Positions 8,249 through 17,763 of a DNA stretch of 64,000 bases are shown in pieces. Made by a program: the position numbers and the translations under genes. Position 1 is the stretch's first letter. The number at the start of each line of letters is the position of its first letter. Source of the DNA: a bacterium (GTDB lineage: Bacteria > Electryoneota > Electryoneia > Electryoneales > Electryoneaceae); contig CAXXKJ010000002.1 of NCBI GenBank assembly GCA_963675295.2, forward strand, positions 2,848,001 through 2,912,000, in the 5' to 3' direction. The notes below the pieces were generated by a model. That model was not told the origin of the DNA. It ran no database searches and saw nothing but the letters and a program-made list of their open reading frames with translations.

Positions 8249-9919
8249 TTATCGCGATATCACCTCGAACACTTTCATGCCTTCGAGGGTCTGTCCATAT
8301 TGATCAATTGCGGTGACGACCACCGTGTGCGGTCCCGGCCGCAATCCGTCTGGCAGACTAGCAGTCCAGATGTGTGAGGAAACCAGGTTGCCCCAGTATC
8401 GCCATTTCCGCTCGACCTGCGCCTGCTTCAAGCGTTCGGCTGCCTCCATAAAATACGGGTCCAAACGGACGTTGCGTTGCATCGTGACCGGTTCGCCGCC
8501 ATCAACGCGCATCGTCACCCGCGCCTTTTCCCCACCGTTGAACACATTGGCGACCACCGTTGCCTGTTCCACCTGACCTTGAAGCAGAACGTTCCCCGGT
8601 TCGCCAGCCATCTGGTACATCGAATCCGGTAATACTTCACCTGTTGCCGGCTCGATCAGGACACGAACCTGATAGTCTTCGTCCATGCTCGCCGGAATGA
8701 AACGGCTCGAATAGTCTGTGCCATCAAAGGTAAAGATATGATAGCCGTTTTCGGTACCATCCCGCATCGTCGTCGCCGGGATTCCGCGTTCATCCAGCGG
8801 CCCCCGCCACCACGAACCGGACACGGTACCGAGGATGTGCTGATGTAGCGGTTTCTCGCCATGCCAACCATCTTCCTCGCCGATATAGACGTGGTCGTTG
8901 GTATGCGTGTGACCGGCGAGCAACAGCAGATACTTCCGTCCCTCGAGCAGCTTGAACAACGCTTCACGGTTGACCGTGTTGACGCTCTCATCGTCTTCGT
9001 GAAACGCCTTGATCGGAATGTGTGTCGACAGGACGATCAGCTTGTCTTTCGGCACGTGCTTGAGGTCATTCTCCAGCCATGACAACTGTTCCGGGTTGAA
9101 GTAGCCGTAATACTTGCTTCCGCCTTCCGGTTTTTCATAGTCGGCACCACGGTAGTGCACGTTTTCCAGCGTCACGAAGTGGACATCGGCGTAATTATGG
9201 GAATAGTAAGTCGGTCCGAAGATACGACGGAAGGTTTCCATCGACTCGTAGTCATTCTTGGAACGCTGGTTCATGTCGTGGTTGCCCGGCACGTTCCACA
9301 CAGGCACCCCGATCTGCGCGAACAGTTCATTCTGCCGGTCGAACAGCGAGAGGTCGTCGAACATGATATCGCCGTGCACGATTGCCATCTCCGCCTCAGT
9401 GTTCACCATCTGCGGCAGGACATCGTCACGGATGTAGTCGATCTCACGGTTGTCCCGAGGCTGCGGATCAGCCATCGCGATCATGCGGAACGGGTTCCTG
9501 TGTTCTTCCTTCAACAGGGGGAAATCAACAGACTCGGGAAGCGGGCCGGTGGGCTGCAGGACTTCGTATTTCCAGTTGACATCGGAGGAGCTGCCGTCCT
9601 CATCATGGACGTAGAAGAATTGCGGCAGCTGGTGTTCGTTCACCGGTACCCGGTATCCCTCGGGCTGAGTGACGAACACGACCATCTCGCGGCGTGCAGG
9701 AAGACGGTAGTGTCCCTCGCTGTCCGTGACGACGACATCGATCTGGTTCGAGACGAGCACATTTTCGATGCCCGGCTCGCCGTTGTCGCGAACGCTGTTT
9801 CCGTTTCGATCCTCAAACACGACGCCGGACACGAACTGGACCTGTCCGAAGCAGGTAGCCACCAGCATCAGGATGGAAAGAACCGTCAAGTTGATCAAAC
9901 TCTGCGTGGATTTGCGCAC
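8249..9919 (-). CDS. Exported calcineurin-like metallophosphoesterase (MetallophosN/C type)
   Basis: Signal peptide; GVVFEDRNGN N-domain; ADPQ, GDI, GNHD, HIP and GHTH metal motifs. GTG start after GGAGG. Confidence 0.88.
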   Translation of the reverse strand: MRKSTQSLINLTVLSILMLVATCFGQVQFVSGVVFEDRNGNSVRDNGEPGIENVLVSNQIDVVVTDSEGHYRLPARREMVVFVTQPEGYRVPVNEHQLPQFFYVHDEDGSSSDVNWKYEVLQPTGPLPESVDFPLLKEEHRNPFRMIAMADPQPRDNREIDYIRDDVLPQMVNTEAEMAIVHGDIMFDDLSLFDRQNELFAQIGVPVWNVPGNHDMNQRSKNDYESMETFRRIFGPTYYSHNYADVHFVTLENVHYRGADYEKPEGGSKYYGYFNPEQLSWLENDLKHVPKDKLIVLSTHIPIKAFHEDDESVNTVNREALFKLLEGRKYLLLLAGHTHTNDHVYIGEEDGWHGEKPLHQHILGTVSGSWWRGPLDERGIPATTMRDGTENGYHIFTFDGTDYSSRFIPASMDEDYQVRVLIEPATGEVLPDSMYQMAGEPGNVLLQGQVEQATVVANVFNGGEKARVTMRVDGGEPVTMQRNVRLDPYFMEAAERLKQAQVERKWRYWGNLVSSHIWTASLPDGLRPGPHTVVVTAIDQYGQTLEGMKVFEVISR

Positions 9920-9977
9920 GTCGAGCCTCCCTCGTTCGCTCAGGTGTTCGTTGGCCCCGCAAGTTTGAATCTACGGA

Positions 9978-11411
9978 TCAGCTTGTTTCATCTCCGTTAG
10001 CATTCTTGTACCGCAATTTGCTCCCGGATTCCTCGTCGTCCATGACCGGAATCGGATACTCGCCGGTGAAACAGGCGGTGCAATAACCAACCCCATCCGA
10101 ATGCGGAACACTCGCAAGCAGACCTTCAACAGACAAGTATCCGAGGCTGTCGACTCCAATATGTTGACGGATATCTTCCTCGGATTTACCGTTCGCGATC
10201 AACTCGGATTTGGACGGAAAGTCCATGCCATAGTAGCACGGGAACCGGATCGGTGGGCTGGAAACGCGGACGTGCAGCTCCTTCGCGCCCGCCTTGCGCA
10301 ACAGGGTTGCCAGTTTCTTCAGAGTGGTCCCACGCACGATGCTGTCCTCGACGACCACCACCTTGCGATCCTTGAGCACACCACCGACCGGGTTGAACTT
10401 GAGCCGGACACCCATCTCACGCATGGTCTGCGTCGGCTGAATGAAGGTGCGGCCGACGTAGTGGTTCCGGATCAGGCCCATCTCGAACCTGGTTCCGGAC
10501 CGGCTGGCGTACCCGAGCGCGGCGGTGTTCGAACTGTCAGGCACGGAGATGACGATGTCGGCGTCCTCGACCGGATGTTCCTCGCTCAGGTTCTTCCCCA
10601 TCCGGCGGCGGTACTTGTCGATGTATTCGCCAGCGACGCGGCTGTCCGGACGGCTGAAGTAGACGTGTTCGAAGATGCAGTGATAGGTGCGTTTCGGCTC
10701 GGCAAAGCGGATGACTTTCATCCCATTACCGTTCATCACGACCATCTCGCCCGGATTCACGTCCTGAACGTATTCATAGCCGAGCAGGTCAAACGCACAG
10801 GTTTCGGACGCTACCCCCCACGCATCTCCCTTGCGGCCGATGCAGAGCGGACGCCAGCCGTATGGATCGCGCGCGGCGTACAGCGCGTGGTCGGAAAGGA
10901 CGGTGATTGAGTACGCACCTTCTACCTTTTGGATTGCTTCGAGCAGCTTGTCGCGCACCATGTTGTGCTTCGAGCGCGCCATCAGGTGCACGATGATTTC
11001 GCTGTCAGTGGTGCTGTGGAAGATGGCCCCGTCTTCCTGCAATTGACGGCGGATCTTCTGCGTGTTGACGAGATTTCCATTGTGTGCGATGGCGACGGGG
11101 CCGTCACGAAGTTCCGCCACCAGCGGCTGAATGTTGTACTGGCTCGAAGATCCGGTGGTCGAATAACGGTTATGCCCGACGGCGGAACGTCCCTTCAGCT
11201 TCTGCAGTGTGTCCGGCCCACTGAAGACCTGCGTCAGCGTGCCCATGCCGAAGTGACGGTAAAAGCGACCATCATCCGCGCTGACAATCCCCGCCGATTC
11301 CTGCCCGCGGTGCTGCAGTGAGTACAACCCGTGGAACACCAGCTCGGCGGCGTTGTCATCGTTCCAGATCCCCATTACGCCACAATTGTGACGCAGCGTC
11401 TCAGCAGCCAT
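9978..11411 (-). CDS. purF: Amidophosphoribosyltransferase (propeptide- and Fe-S-containing type)
   Basis: CGVMG after a short propeptide; LQHRGQE, HNGNL, PRPP loop VEDSIVRGTT; Cys motifs CIFE, PCYYG and CTAC. Start set at MAAETLRHNC. Confidence 0.96.
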   Translation of the reverse strand: MAAETLRHNCGVMGIWNDDNAAELVFHGLYSLQHRGQESAGIVSADDGRFYRHFGMGTLTQVFSGPDTLQKLKGRSAVGHNRYSTTGSSSQYNIQPLVAELRDGPVAIAHNGNLVNTQKIRRQLQEDGAIFHSTTDSEIIVHLMARSKHNMVRDKLLEAIQKVEGAYSITVLSDHALYAARDPYGWRPLCIGRKGDAWGVASETCAFDLLGYEYVQDVNPGEMVVMNGNGMKVIRFAEPKRTYHCIFEHVYFSRPDSRVAGEYIDKYRRRMGKNLSEEHPVEDADIVISVPDSSNTAALGYASRSGTRFEMGLIRNHYVGRTFIQPTQTMREMGVRLKFNPVGGVLKDRKVVVVEDSIVRGTTLKKLATLLRKAGAKELHVRVSSPPIRFPCYYGMDFPSKSELIANGKSEEDIRQHIGVDSLGYLSVEGLLASVPHSDGVGYCTACFTGEYPIPVMDDEESGSKLRYKNANGDETS

Positions 11412-11495
11412 CGAATCATCCTTTGAAACACAAACGCCGGGTGGTGGAAGAAACACCGCCCGACGTGAACCGTATTCTCTATCAGGTCACAGAGT

Positions 11496-12896
11496 TCAGC
11501 CGATCAGACGTGCCGGGCGTTCCCGTTCCTTGTCGATCTCGGCCTTGACACTCTCGTAACCGGAGCGTCCCATCAGGGCGTACGTCGCAACCTTGCCCGC
11601 CTCAACCCCCGGCTGATCAAGCGGATTGACCTCATACAGCCCACCGGCGACCAGCGTCGCGGCTTCCAGAATGTACAGGAATCCACCAACCGTATCCGGC
11701 GCAACCTCCTCAAACACGAACGCCATGTTCGGCCGGTGCGCAGCGGTCAACGCACGCTGCGTCGCTTCCGCCTCGTACTTCAACAGCGTGCCCATCTCCT
11801 TGCCGGCGAGATAGTCGATGCTGTCAATATCCGGGTAGTGCTTGCCGATCTTCACCGCGTTGCGGAAGTTCTTCGGCAGCAGCAGGGTGAAGGTCTTGTC
11901 GTACGGACCTTCGACGTACAACTGCACCTGGCTGTGCTGATCAGTCGCCCCCAGCGCTGCGACAGGAGTCGGACCAACGTTGATCGTCTCACCTGTCACC
12001 GACTGCCGCTTGCCCAGCGATTCTGCCCACAACTGGCGGAACCAGTCCGCGACACGGAACAGCGAGTTGGCGTACGGCATCATCACCTGCACGCACTGCT
12101 TGCGCTGAGTTTGCGCGAGGAATTGCAGCAACGCGAACGCCGCGCTCGGGTTGGCGTCAAATTCACGGGCAAACACCTTCTCCCGCTGTTCCGCCGCACC
12201 GCGCAACAGTTCACGAATGTCGATCCCAACCAGCGCCGCCGGCAGCAGACCGACCGGCGTCATCACGCTGAAGCGTCCACCCACAGCCGGCGGAATGGAG
12301 AAGCTCTGGATGCCTTCCTCACGTGCGATCTGACGCAACGCACCCTTGGCCGGATCGGTGACGAAGACGAGGTGTTCGGCGTACTTGTCGCCGACAGACT
12401 CTTTCAGCGCCGTCATCACGGTCATGAACTGGCTCAGCGTTTCCGCCGTCCCACCGGACTTGGTGATGACAACGTAAAGCGTTTCCTTCGGATCGCAGAT
12501 TTCCATCGCCGCGCCGAAGAAATCGGGGTCCGGATTGTCCGGTATGAACAGGCGAGGAGCATCGCGCATCTCGTCCGGACGCACATTCCAGAATGCCGGC
12601 TTCAACGCATCACGCAACGCGATCGGCCCCAGCGCACTGCCGCCGATACCGAGTACCATGACATTGCGGAACTTCTCGCGTGCCTTCGCCGCGAAGCTTT
12701 CTATTGCGGTGACAACGTCTTCACTATCCGGGAGATCGTAAAACGGGAGTTCACCCGCCTTGCGGCGAGCTTCGAGGGTTTGCAGCACCGACTGCACCCG
12801 CGGCCAGTGTTGTTCGATCTCTTCCTGCGTGGCGCCGTGTGGCCCGACGACATCTGCCATCATCCGGGTCACATCCAGTTGCAAACGCGCGCCCAT
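11496..12896 (-). CDS. pgi: Glucose-6-phosphate isomerase
   Basis: GIGGSALG, KSGGTAET, VGGRFSV, QLWAESLGK, DQHSQ and DQPGVEAGK motifs. Confidence 0.96.
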   Translation of the reverse strand: MGARLQLDVTRMMADVVGPHGATQEEIEQHWPRVQSVLQTLEARRKAGELPFYDLPDSEDVVTAIESFAAKAREKFRNVMVLGIGGSALGPIALRDALKPAFWNVRPDEMRDAPRLFIPDNPDPDFFGAAMEICDPKETLYVVITKSGGTAETLSQFMTVMTALKESVGDKYAEHLVFVTDPAKGALRQIAREEGIQSFSIPPAVGGRFSVMTPVGLLPAALVGIDIRELLRGAAEQREKVFAREFDANPSAAFALLQFLAQTQRKQCVQVMMPYANSLFRVADWFRQLWAESLGKRQSVTGETINVGPTPVAALGATDQHSQVQLYVEGPYDKTFTLLLPKNFRNAVKIGKHYPDIDSIDYLAGKEMGTLLKYEAEATQRALTAAHRPNMAFVFEEVAPDTVGGFLYILEAATLVAGGLYEVNPLDQPGVEAGKVATYALMGRSGYESVKAEIDKERERPARLIG

Positions 12897-13031
12897 GGTT
12901 GCCTCAACTGTTGATGATCAAATCCGGCTGCCAGAAGGTACGGCGTCCGGATTCGAGGTTTCGTTTTCGGAGAGCGGAATGTACGCTCAATGAATTCAAA
13001 TCTGAAGGGAGAACTGGCATTGAACTCCCCT

Positions 13032-13619
13032 TTAGAATTCAACCTGCGGCGCGGTCTGAGCTTCTTCCGGTGCTTCGAAGAATTCGCGCGCGTCAAAACC
13101 AAAGATATTTGCGATGATCACGCCCGGGAACTTGCGAATGGTCGCGTTGTATTTCTGCACCGTTTCGTTGTAGCGCTTACGCGCGATCGCGATACGGTTT
13201 TCCGTGCCCGCCAACTCATCCTGCAACGCTCGGAAGTTCTGATCCGACTTCAGTTGCGGGTAGTTTTCGACTACCAGGAGCAGACGCGACAGCGCACCGC
13301 TCAACCCCTGTTCTGCTTCCATCCGTTCGTCCCGAGTGCCGGCTCCGGCAACCCGTGAGCGTGCTTCGGTCACTCCCAGCAAGACTTCCTTTTCCTGGTC
13401 AGCATAGCCCTTGACCGTATTCACCAGGTTCGGGATCAGGTCATACCGCCGCTGGAGGTTGTTTTCCACGTCCGCCCAGGCGGAATTGGTCATTTCGTCC
13501 AGGTCAACCATCTTGTTGTAGGTGCCCTGCACAAACGAGTAATTGAACGCAATAAACAGGAACAGGATCGCAAACCCGAGCAGGATACCGATCCGCTTTT
13601 TTCTCGACTCTTCGTTCAT
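13032..13619 (-). CDS. lemA: LemA family protein
   Basis: N-terminal TM; LQRRYDLIPNLV, VENYPQLKS and ELAGTENRIA..RYN motifs. Confidence 0.95.
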   Translation of the reverse strand: MNEESRKKRIGILLGFAILFLFIAFNYSFVQGTYNKMVDLDEMTNSAWADVENNLQRRYDLIPNLVNTVKGYADQEKEVLLGVTEARSRVAGAGTRDERMEAEQGLSGALSRLLLVVENYPQLKSDQNFRALQDELAGTENRIAIARKRYNETVQKYNATIRKFPGVIIANIFGFDAREFFEAPEEAQTAPQVEF

Positions 13620-13670
13620 CGTACAATCAATCCTTTATCGATCAGCACAACTGACTGTTTTCAACGGAAG

Positions 13671-14393
13671 TCAATCCACCGTCAACTGGTCGGCGTACAG
13701 CGCCAGTTTGTCCACCTGGGCCAGGGTTTGCTTCAGTAACTGTGTCGCGCCGCTGCGGTTCAGCGTCTTGTCGCCGCTGCGCACCTGCATCAACGCGTCG
13801 AATACGGACGCATCCAGCCCGGCGAGCGTGCATCCCTCCAGCAACACCTGTTTCTTGTCCGCCGGGACCTGTTTGCCGTCAATCACGAGCAATGCCTGAA
13901 AGACCGCGTTCCATGTCGGCACACTCATCGCCAGTAGATCTCGCATACCCGACGTATTGCCGCCCAGTTCCAACGCCGCCTGACGCAACGCTACCCATTT
14001 GCCCTTGATCTCGCGTTCCGCCTGCAATCGAAGGTCTTTCGGCTCGATCTCGATGTTCGCAAGGATATCGTCACCGAACAGCGTCTGGTGGAACAACTTC
14101 ATGTCGAGGAACTCGATCGGGTACGTGTCCAGCGAACTCTCCAGATAGTTACGGGACAGGATCAGCGGAATCGCGTAGCCTTTCTTCACCTTGCGCCGAA
14201 CAAGCCCGGCTGCCTCTTCCCACTTGTCGTAGTCGTGATGCTTGAGGAAGAACAGCAGGTTGATGTCGGAACGCTTCGTCCAGTCACCACGCGCCATGGA
14301 TCCAAACAGGTGAACCGATTCCAGGTTGTCACCCCAGAACCGTTTCCACAGCTCGACCGTTGCTTCAAGTTCCGCTCGAAGTTTATCGTCCAT
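13671..14393 (-). CDS. Pol-beta-like nucleotidyltransferase domain protein
   Basis: LFGSMARGD..SDINLL motif, DTYPIEFLDM, and a helical C-terminal domain. Confidence 0.8.
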   Translation of the reverse strand: MDDKLRAELEATVELWKRFWGDNLESVHLFGSMARGDWTKRSDINLLFFLKHHDYDKWEEAAGLVRRKVKKGYAIPLILSRNYLESSLDTYPIEFLDMKLFHQTLFGDDILANIEIEPKDLRLQAEREIKGKWVALRQAALELGGNTSGMRDLLAMSVPTWNAVFQALLVIDGKQVPADKKQVLLEGCTLAGLDASVFDALMQVRSGDKTLNRSGATQLLKQTLAQVDKLALYADQLTVD

Positions 14394-14407
14394 CCTGAGA
14401 CTCCGTC

Positions 14408-15187
14408 TTAGAATCCGCGTCCTGCGCCACCACCACCGAAACCACCGCCGCCGAAGCCGCCAAAGCCTCCACCGAATCCTCCACCACCGAACCCACCGCC
14501 TCCGCCCCAGCGTCCACGGTGTCCGCCCATCATGTTGCCGAGCAGCATCCCGAACAGCATCGCCCGGCCGAACCGGGTGGACGACATGATCATGATGAAG
14601 ATGATCATCACGATGATGCCGACAACGCTCGGACCTTCATCCTGGCTCATCTGACGGACACGATACTGCGGCGCGCCGGTCAGTTGCACGTTCGGCGCGG
14701 CACGATCAACAATCGCGACCGCAGTTCCTGCGAACGCTTCCAGGTTGCGGCTTTCTCTAAGCAACGGGATGGTAATTTCATCGAGGATCTGCCCAGCGCG
14801 ACCGTCCGGGATATCCCCTTCGAGGCCGTACCCAGTGGCGAGATAAACTTGCCGGCGACCGTCCGCGCGGCCCGTGCTGTACAACAGCACCGCACCACGA
14901 TCCGTCCCGGCGCTGCCGACGCCCCATTGATGACCGAGCTCGACAGTGTACAGCGAAATGTCCTGTCCTTCCGGGATCGAATCCATCGTCACGAACGCCA
15001 GCTCGATATCGGCCTTCTGCTTGATCTCCAGCGCGAGGGCATCAAGCTGGCGCGCTTCCGAGGAAGACAGCACACGAGCGTAATCGTTCACAAACCCACG
15101 TGGTTCGGGGTATTGTTGCGCGAAGGCAAACGATGCGGTCAGGATCAGGGCAAAAACGACAGCAGTTGTGGCGGAAAGTCGCCTCAT
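14408..15187 (-). CDS. TPM-domain (YgcG-like) membrane protein with Gly-rich tail
   Basis: Signal peptide; FVNDYA, WGVG..DRG and GYGLEG.IPD motifs; one TM; GGGFGG..GGAGRGF C-terminus. ATGA overlap with lspA. Confidence 0.92.
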   Translation of the reverse strand: MRRLSATTAVVFALILTASFAFAQQYPEPRGFVNDYARVLSSSEARQLDALALEIKQKADIELAFVTMDSIPEGQDISLYTVELGHQWGVGSAGTDRGAVLLYSTGRADGRRQVYLATGYGLEGDIPDGRAGQILDEITIPLLRESRNLEAFAGTAVAIVDRAAPNVQLTGAPQYRVRQMSQDEGPSVVGIIVMIIFIMIMSSTRFGRAMLFGMLLGNMMGGHRGRWGGGGGFGGGGFGGGFGGFGGGGFGGGGAGRGF

Positions 15188-15891
15188 GACCGCACCTCAC
15201 GGTCGTCATCTTCGTCGGGTCCGGACTCACCGGCAGGTTTATTCACCTCCGATTCGTCGCTCTCTTCCACCCCACGCGCCGCTTCGCCTACTGCGTAGTC
15301 AGTCGCGTCGGACTCGAATCGTGGCGCGTCGGTGAGGGTGACGCCGTCCGCCGAGACCAGCGAGTCCGGAACGTTGACCTCAACGGTTCCATCGCCCGCG
15401 TCTGCCTCCTCCTCTGGACGCTTGACGAACAGCATCATCAGGATCAGCAGCACGACACCCACCGACACCGCGGAGTCCGCGATGTTGAACACCGGCCAGC
15501 GGTCCATCATGAAATCGGGCAGGTCAACGTCGATGAAGTCGACGACGTAGCCGTACACGAGCCGGTCGTAGGTATTGCCAATCGCTCCGCCGAGGATTGC
15601 GGCGAGGATCCAGCGTGTCGGCACGTCCTTCGGCGGCGTGCGCAACAGCACGAACAGGATTACGAACACGGCGACGATCGAGATGTAGCCGAGCACGACT
15701 CCGCCGGTCAGTTTCATCCCGAACGCCATGCCGTAGTTGTGGACATAGGTCCAGCGCACGGCATCGCCGAGGAATGGGATCGAGTCGCCGAGATCCATCG
15801 TGTTGTCCACGATCTGCTTGGTCAGCCGGTCGAGGACAATGACGACAGCGGTCAAAATCAGTGGTAACCATGCTTGAGGGGAACGATTCAC
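15184..15891 (-). CDS. lspA: Lipoprotein signal peptidase II with acidic C-terminal extension
   Basis: DRLTK, NYGMAFG, GAIGNTYDR, VVDFI and FNIADS motifs. GTG start. Confidence 0.95.
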   Translation of the reverse strand: MNRSPQAWLPLILTAVVIVLDRLTKQIVDNTMDLGDSIPFLGDAVRWTYVHNYGMAFGMKLTGGVVLGYISIVAVFVILFVLLRTPPKDVPTRWILAAILGGAIGNTYDRLVYGYVVDFIDVDLPDFMMDRWPVFNIADSAVSVGVVLLILMMLFVKRPEEEADAGDGTVEVNVPDSLVSADGVTLTDAPRFESDATDYAVGEAARGVEESDESEVNKPAGESGPDEDDDREVRS

Positions 15892-16032
15892 GTTCTCACT
15901 CCAGTGTCAGGCGGGACTTCGCCCGAATCTGCCCGAAGAAAAGGCGTAATGTGCGGCGGTTCGGTGCTGAGTACAAGGGTTGCCGCTCCTGAATCCGGTC
16001 AATCGGCGATTCGTCAAATTCATCCGCAACTC

Positions 16033-16062
16033 TTGCGTTCCGGGCTTGCCGGCCTATCTTTG
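16033..16062 (+). promoter_or_regulatory. sigma70-like promoter of treT
   Basis: TTGCGT-N16-TATCTT(TG). Confidence 0.45.
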
Positions 16063-16153
16063 CAGGATGTTCTGCTTGCGCATGCGATCTGAAATGAAAC
16101 ACATTTGTTTTGCATTCATCGCATGGTAACGAATTTCACACGGAGGCTGCCCC

Positions 16154-17572
16154 TTGGACTTTCGCGCCCAAGCCGACCAGCTCGGCCGTATCCCCGACGG
16201 TCACACCCCGCTTGAAACGTACGAACCTGAACTTACCCTCGAACTGGACGCTTACGCTCCCTACATCGGCAACGAACGAGTCGAAGGGTTACGCCGTCTG
16301 GCGGACCCGCTACAGGGGAAAACGTGGGCGCATGTCAATTCCACCTTCGCCGGCGGCGGGGTCGCAGAAATGCTGTACAGCGTCATCCCGCTCGCGCGTT
16401 CGATGGGGATTGACGCACAGTGGTACTGCATCCGTGGGGATGATGCGTTCTTTGGTGTTACGAAGAAATTCCACAATACGTTGCAGGGGTTGACTCAGTA
16501 CGTCTCTCTCGAAGAGTTGTTCGACACCTATCTCGGGATGACCGACCGCAACGCGAAAGACACCTACATTTACGGCGACCTCGTCGTGGTGCACGATCCG
16601 CAGCCGGTTGGACTGCTGAACGCCGGCCGGATTTTCGGGAATGTGCTTTGGCGTTGCCACATCGACACCTCCAACCCCGATCCGGTGGTGTGGCGCTTCC
16701 TGCGGCCGTACATCAACCAGGCGGCGGGCGCGATTTTCACCCTGCCCGACTATGTCGGCCCCGGCCTCAATTTGCCGATCTACCAGGTGATGCCGTGCAT
16801 CGATCCGCTCGCGGAAAAGAACCGGCAATACACAGATGACGAAGCGCTCGAGATCCTCGGACCGCTGTTCAACGAGCACAATGTCGATCCGGAGCGTCCG
16901 ATCATCGCCGCGATCAGCCGCTACGATCCACACAAGAACCAGACCCGGATTTACGAATCGTTCAAGAAGCTGAAGCAGGAAAAGCAGTTCAAGAAACAGC
17001 CGTACCTGATCTTCATCGGCAACACCGCCAGTGACGATCCGGAAGGCGGCCAGATCCTGAAAATGCTGCGGGAGTCGGCGGACGGCGATCCGGATGTCCG
17101 TTTCTGGGTCAACGTCGAGAACAACAACCAGGTCATCGGCGCGATGATGCACCTCGCGGAGATGTTCGTCCACGTCTCGACCAAGGAAGGCTTCGGCCTC
17201 GTGGTCACCGAAGCGATGTGGCAGGGCACGCCGGTGATCGGCTCCAGCGCGGGTGGCATCACGCAGCAGGTGATCGATGGCAAGACCGGTTACGTCGTCG
17301 ATCCGCTCAGCCTCGAACAGATCAGCCACGCGATGGCGCGGGTGCTCGATAACCCGGACGAAGCCGCGGCGCTCGCCAAGCAGGGGCAGGAGCACATCCG
17401 CAGCAACTTCCTGCTGCCCGAACTGCTGCGCCGTTACTTTACCTTGATGCGCTATTATCTCGGTATCGACGACGTGATGCCGGATTTCCGTCTCAATCCG
17501 GAGATGACCGCGTCCGAGTGGATGCAGGGCTTCCGGCGAACGAGTGTGCTGGTGAACGAAACGGGGAAATAG
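16154..17572 (+). CDS. treT: GT4 glycosyltransferase, trehalose synthase TreT-like
   Basis: HVNSTFAGGGVAEML, HDPQP, WRCHID, SRYDPHK and EGFGLVVTEAMW motifs. TTG start after GGAGG. Confidence 0.85.
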   Translation: MDFRAQADQLGRIPDGHTPLETYEPELTLELDAYAPYIGNERVEGLRRLADPLQGKTWAHVNSTFAGGGVAEMLYSVIPLARSMGIDAQWYCIRGDDAFFGVTKKFHNTLQGLTQYVSLEELFDTYLGMTDRNAKDTYIYGDLVVVHDPQPVGLLNAGRIFGNVLWRCHIDTSNPDPVVWRFLRPYINQAAGAIFTLPDYVGPGLNLPIYQVMPCIDPLAEKNRQYTDDEALEILGPLFNEHNVDPERPIIAAISRYDPHKNQTRIYESFKKLKQEKQFKKQPYLIFIGNTASDDPEGGQILKMLRESADGDPDVRFWVNVENNNQVIGAMMHLAEMFVHVSTKEGFGLVVTEAMWQGTPVIGSSAGGITQQVIDGKTGYVVDPLSLEQISHAMARVLDNPDEAAALAKQGQEHIRSNFLLPELLRRYFTLMRYYLGIDDVMPDFRLNPEMTASEWMQGFRRTSVLVNETGK

Positions 17573-17577
17573 ACTGC

Positions 17578-17612
17578 GGGCTCTGGGCTCTGGGCTCTGG
17601 GCTCTGGGCTCT
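17578..17612. repeat. Heptamer tandem repeat (GGGCTCT)x5
   Basis: Five exact copies read directly from the sequence. Confidence 0.95.
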
Positions 17613-17621
17613 GGAAATATG

Positions 17622-17702
17622 TGGCCGTGTCTGTTTACAGACGCGGCCATGTTGCTCACGGATCAATAGAATCGGGGACACTTTCGGGTGAAAGTGTCCC
17701 CG
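17622..17702. terminator. Two strong hairpins between convergent treT and gdhA
   Basis: TGGCCGTGTCTG/CAGACGCGGCCA at 17622-17649 and a perfect 13-bp CGGGGACACTTTC/GAAAGTGTCCCCG at 17673-17702. No clear U-tract. Confidence 0.55.
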
Positions 17703-17706
17703 TTGA

Positions 17707-17762
17707 AACTCACCACTCATAGCTCAGAGCTCAGAGCTCACAGCTTACAGCTCACCACTCAC
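17707..17762. repeat. Degenerate heptamer repeat (AGCTCAS/CACTCAY) x8
   Basis: aactcac cactcat agctcag agctcag agctcac agcttac agctcac cactcac. Confidence 0.85.
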
Positions 17763-17763
17763 A

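Noticed and set aside
13671-14393. MNT antitoxin or CBASS cyclase call for the nucleotidyltransferase
   Set aside because: No adjacent HEPN toxin or CBASS effector. The DxN motif and the lemA/TPM context point to a different family.
15896-16102. 68-aa minus-strand ORF upstream of lspA
   Set aside because: Spans the divergent promoter region; no RBS or recognisable motif.
17578-17762. CRISPR array interpretation of the repeat regions
   Set aside because: Units are 7 nt in tandem with no unique spacers, and no cas genes are in the window.
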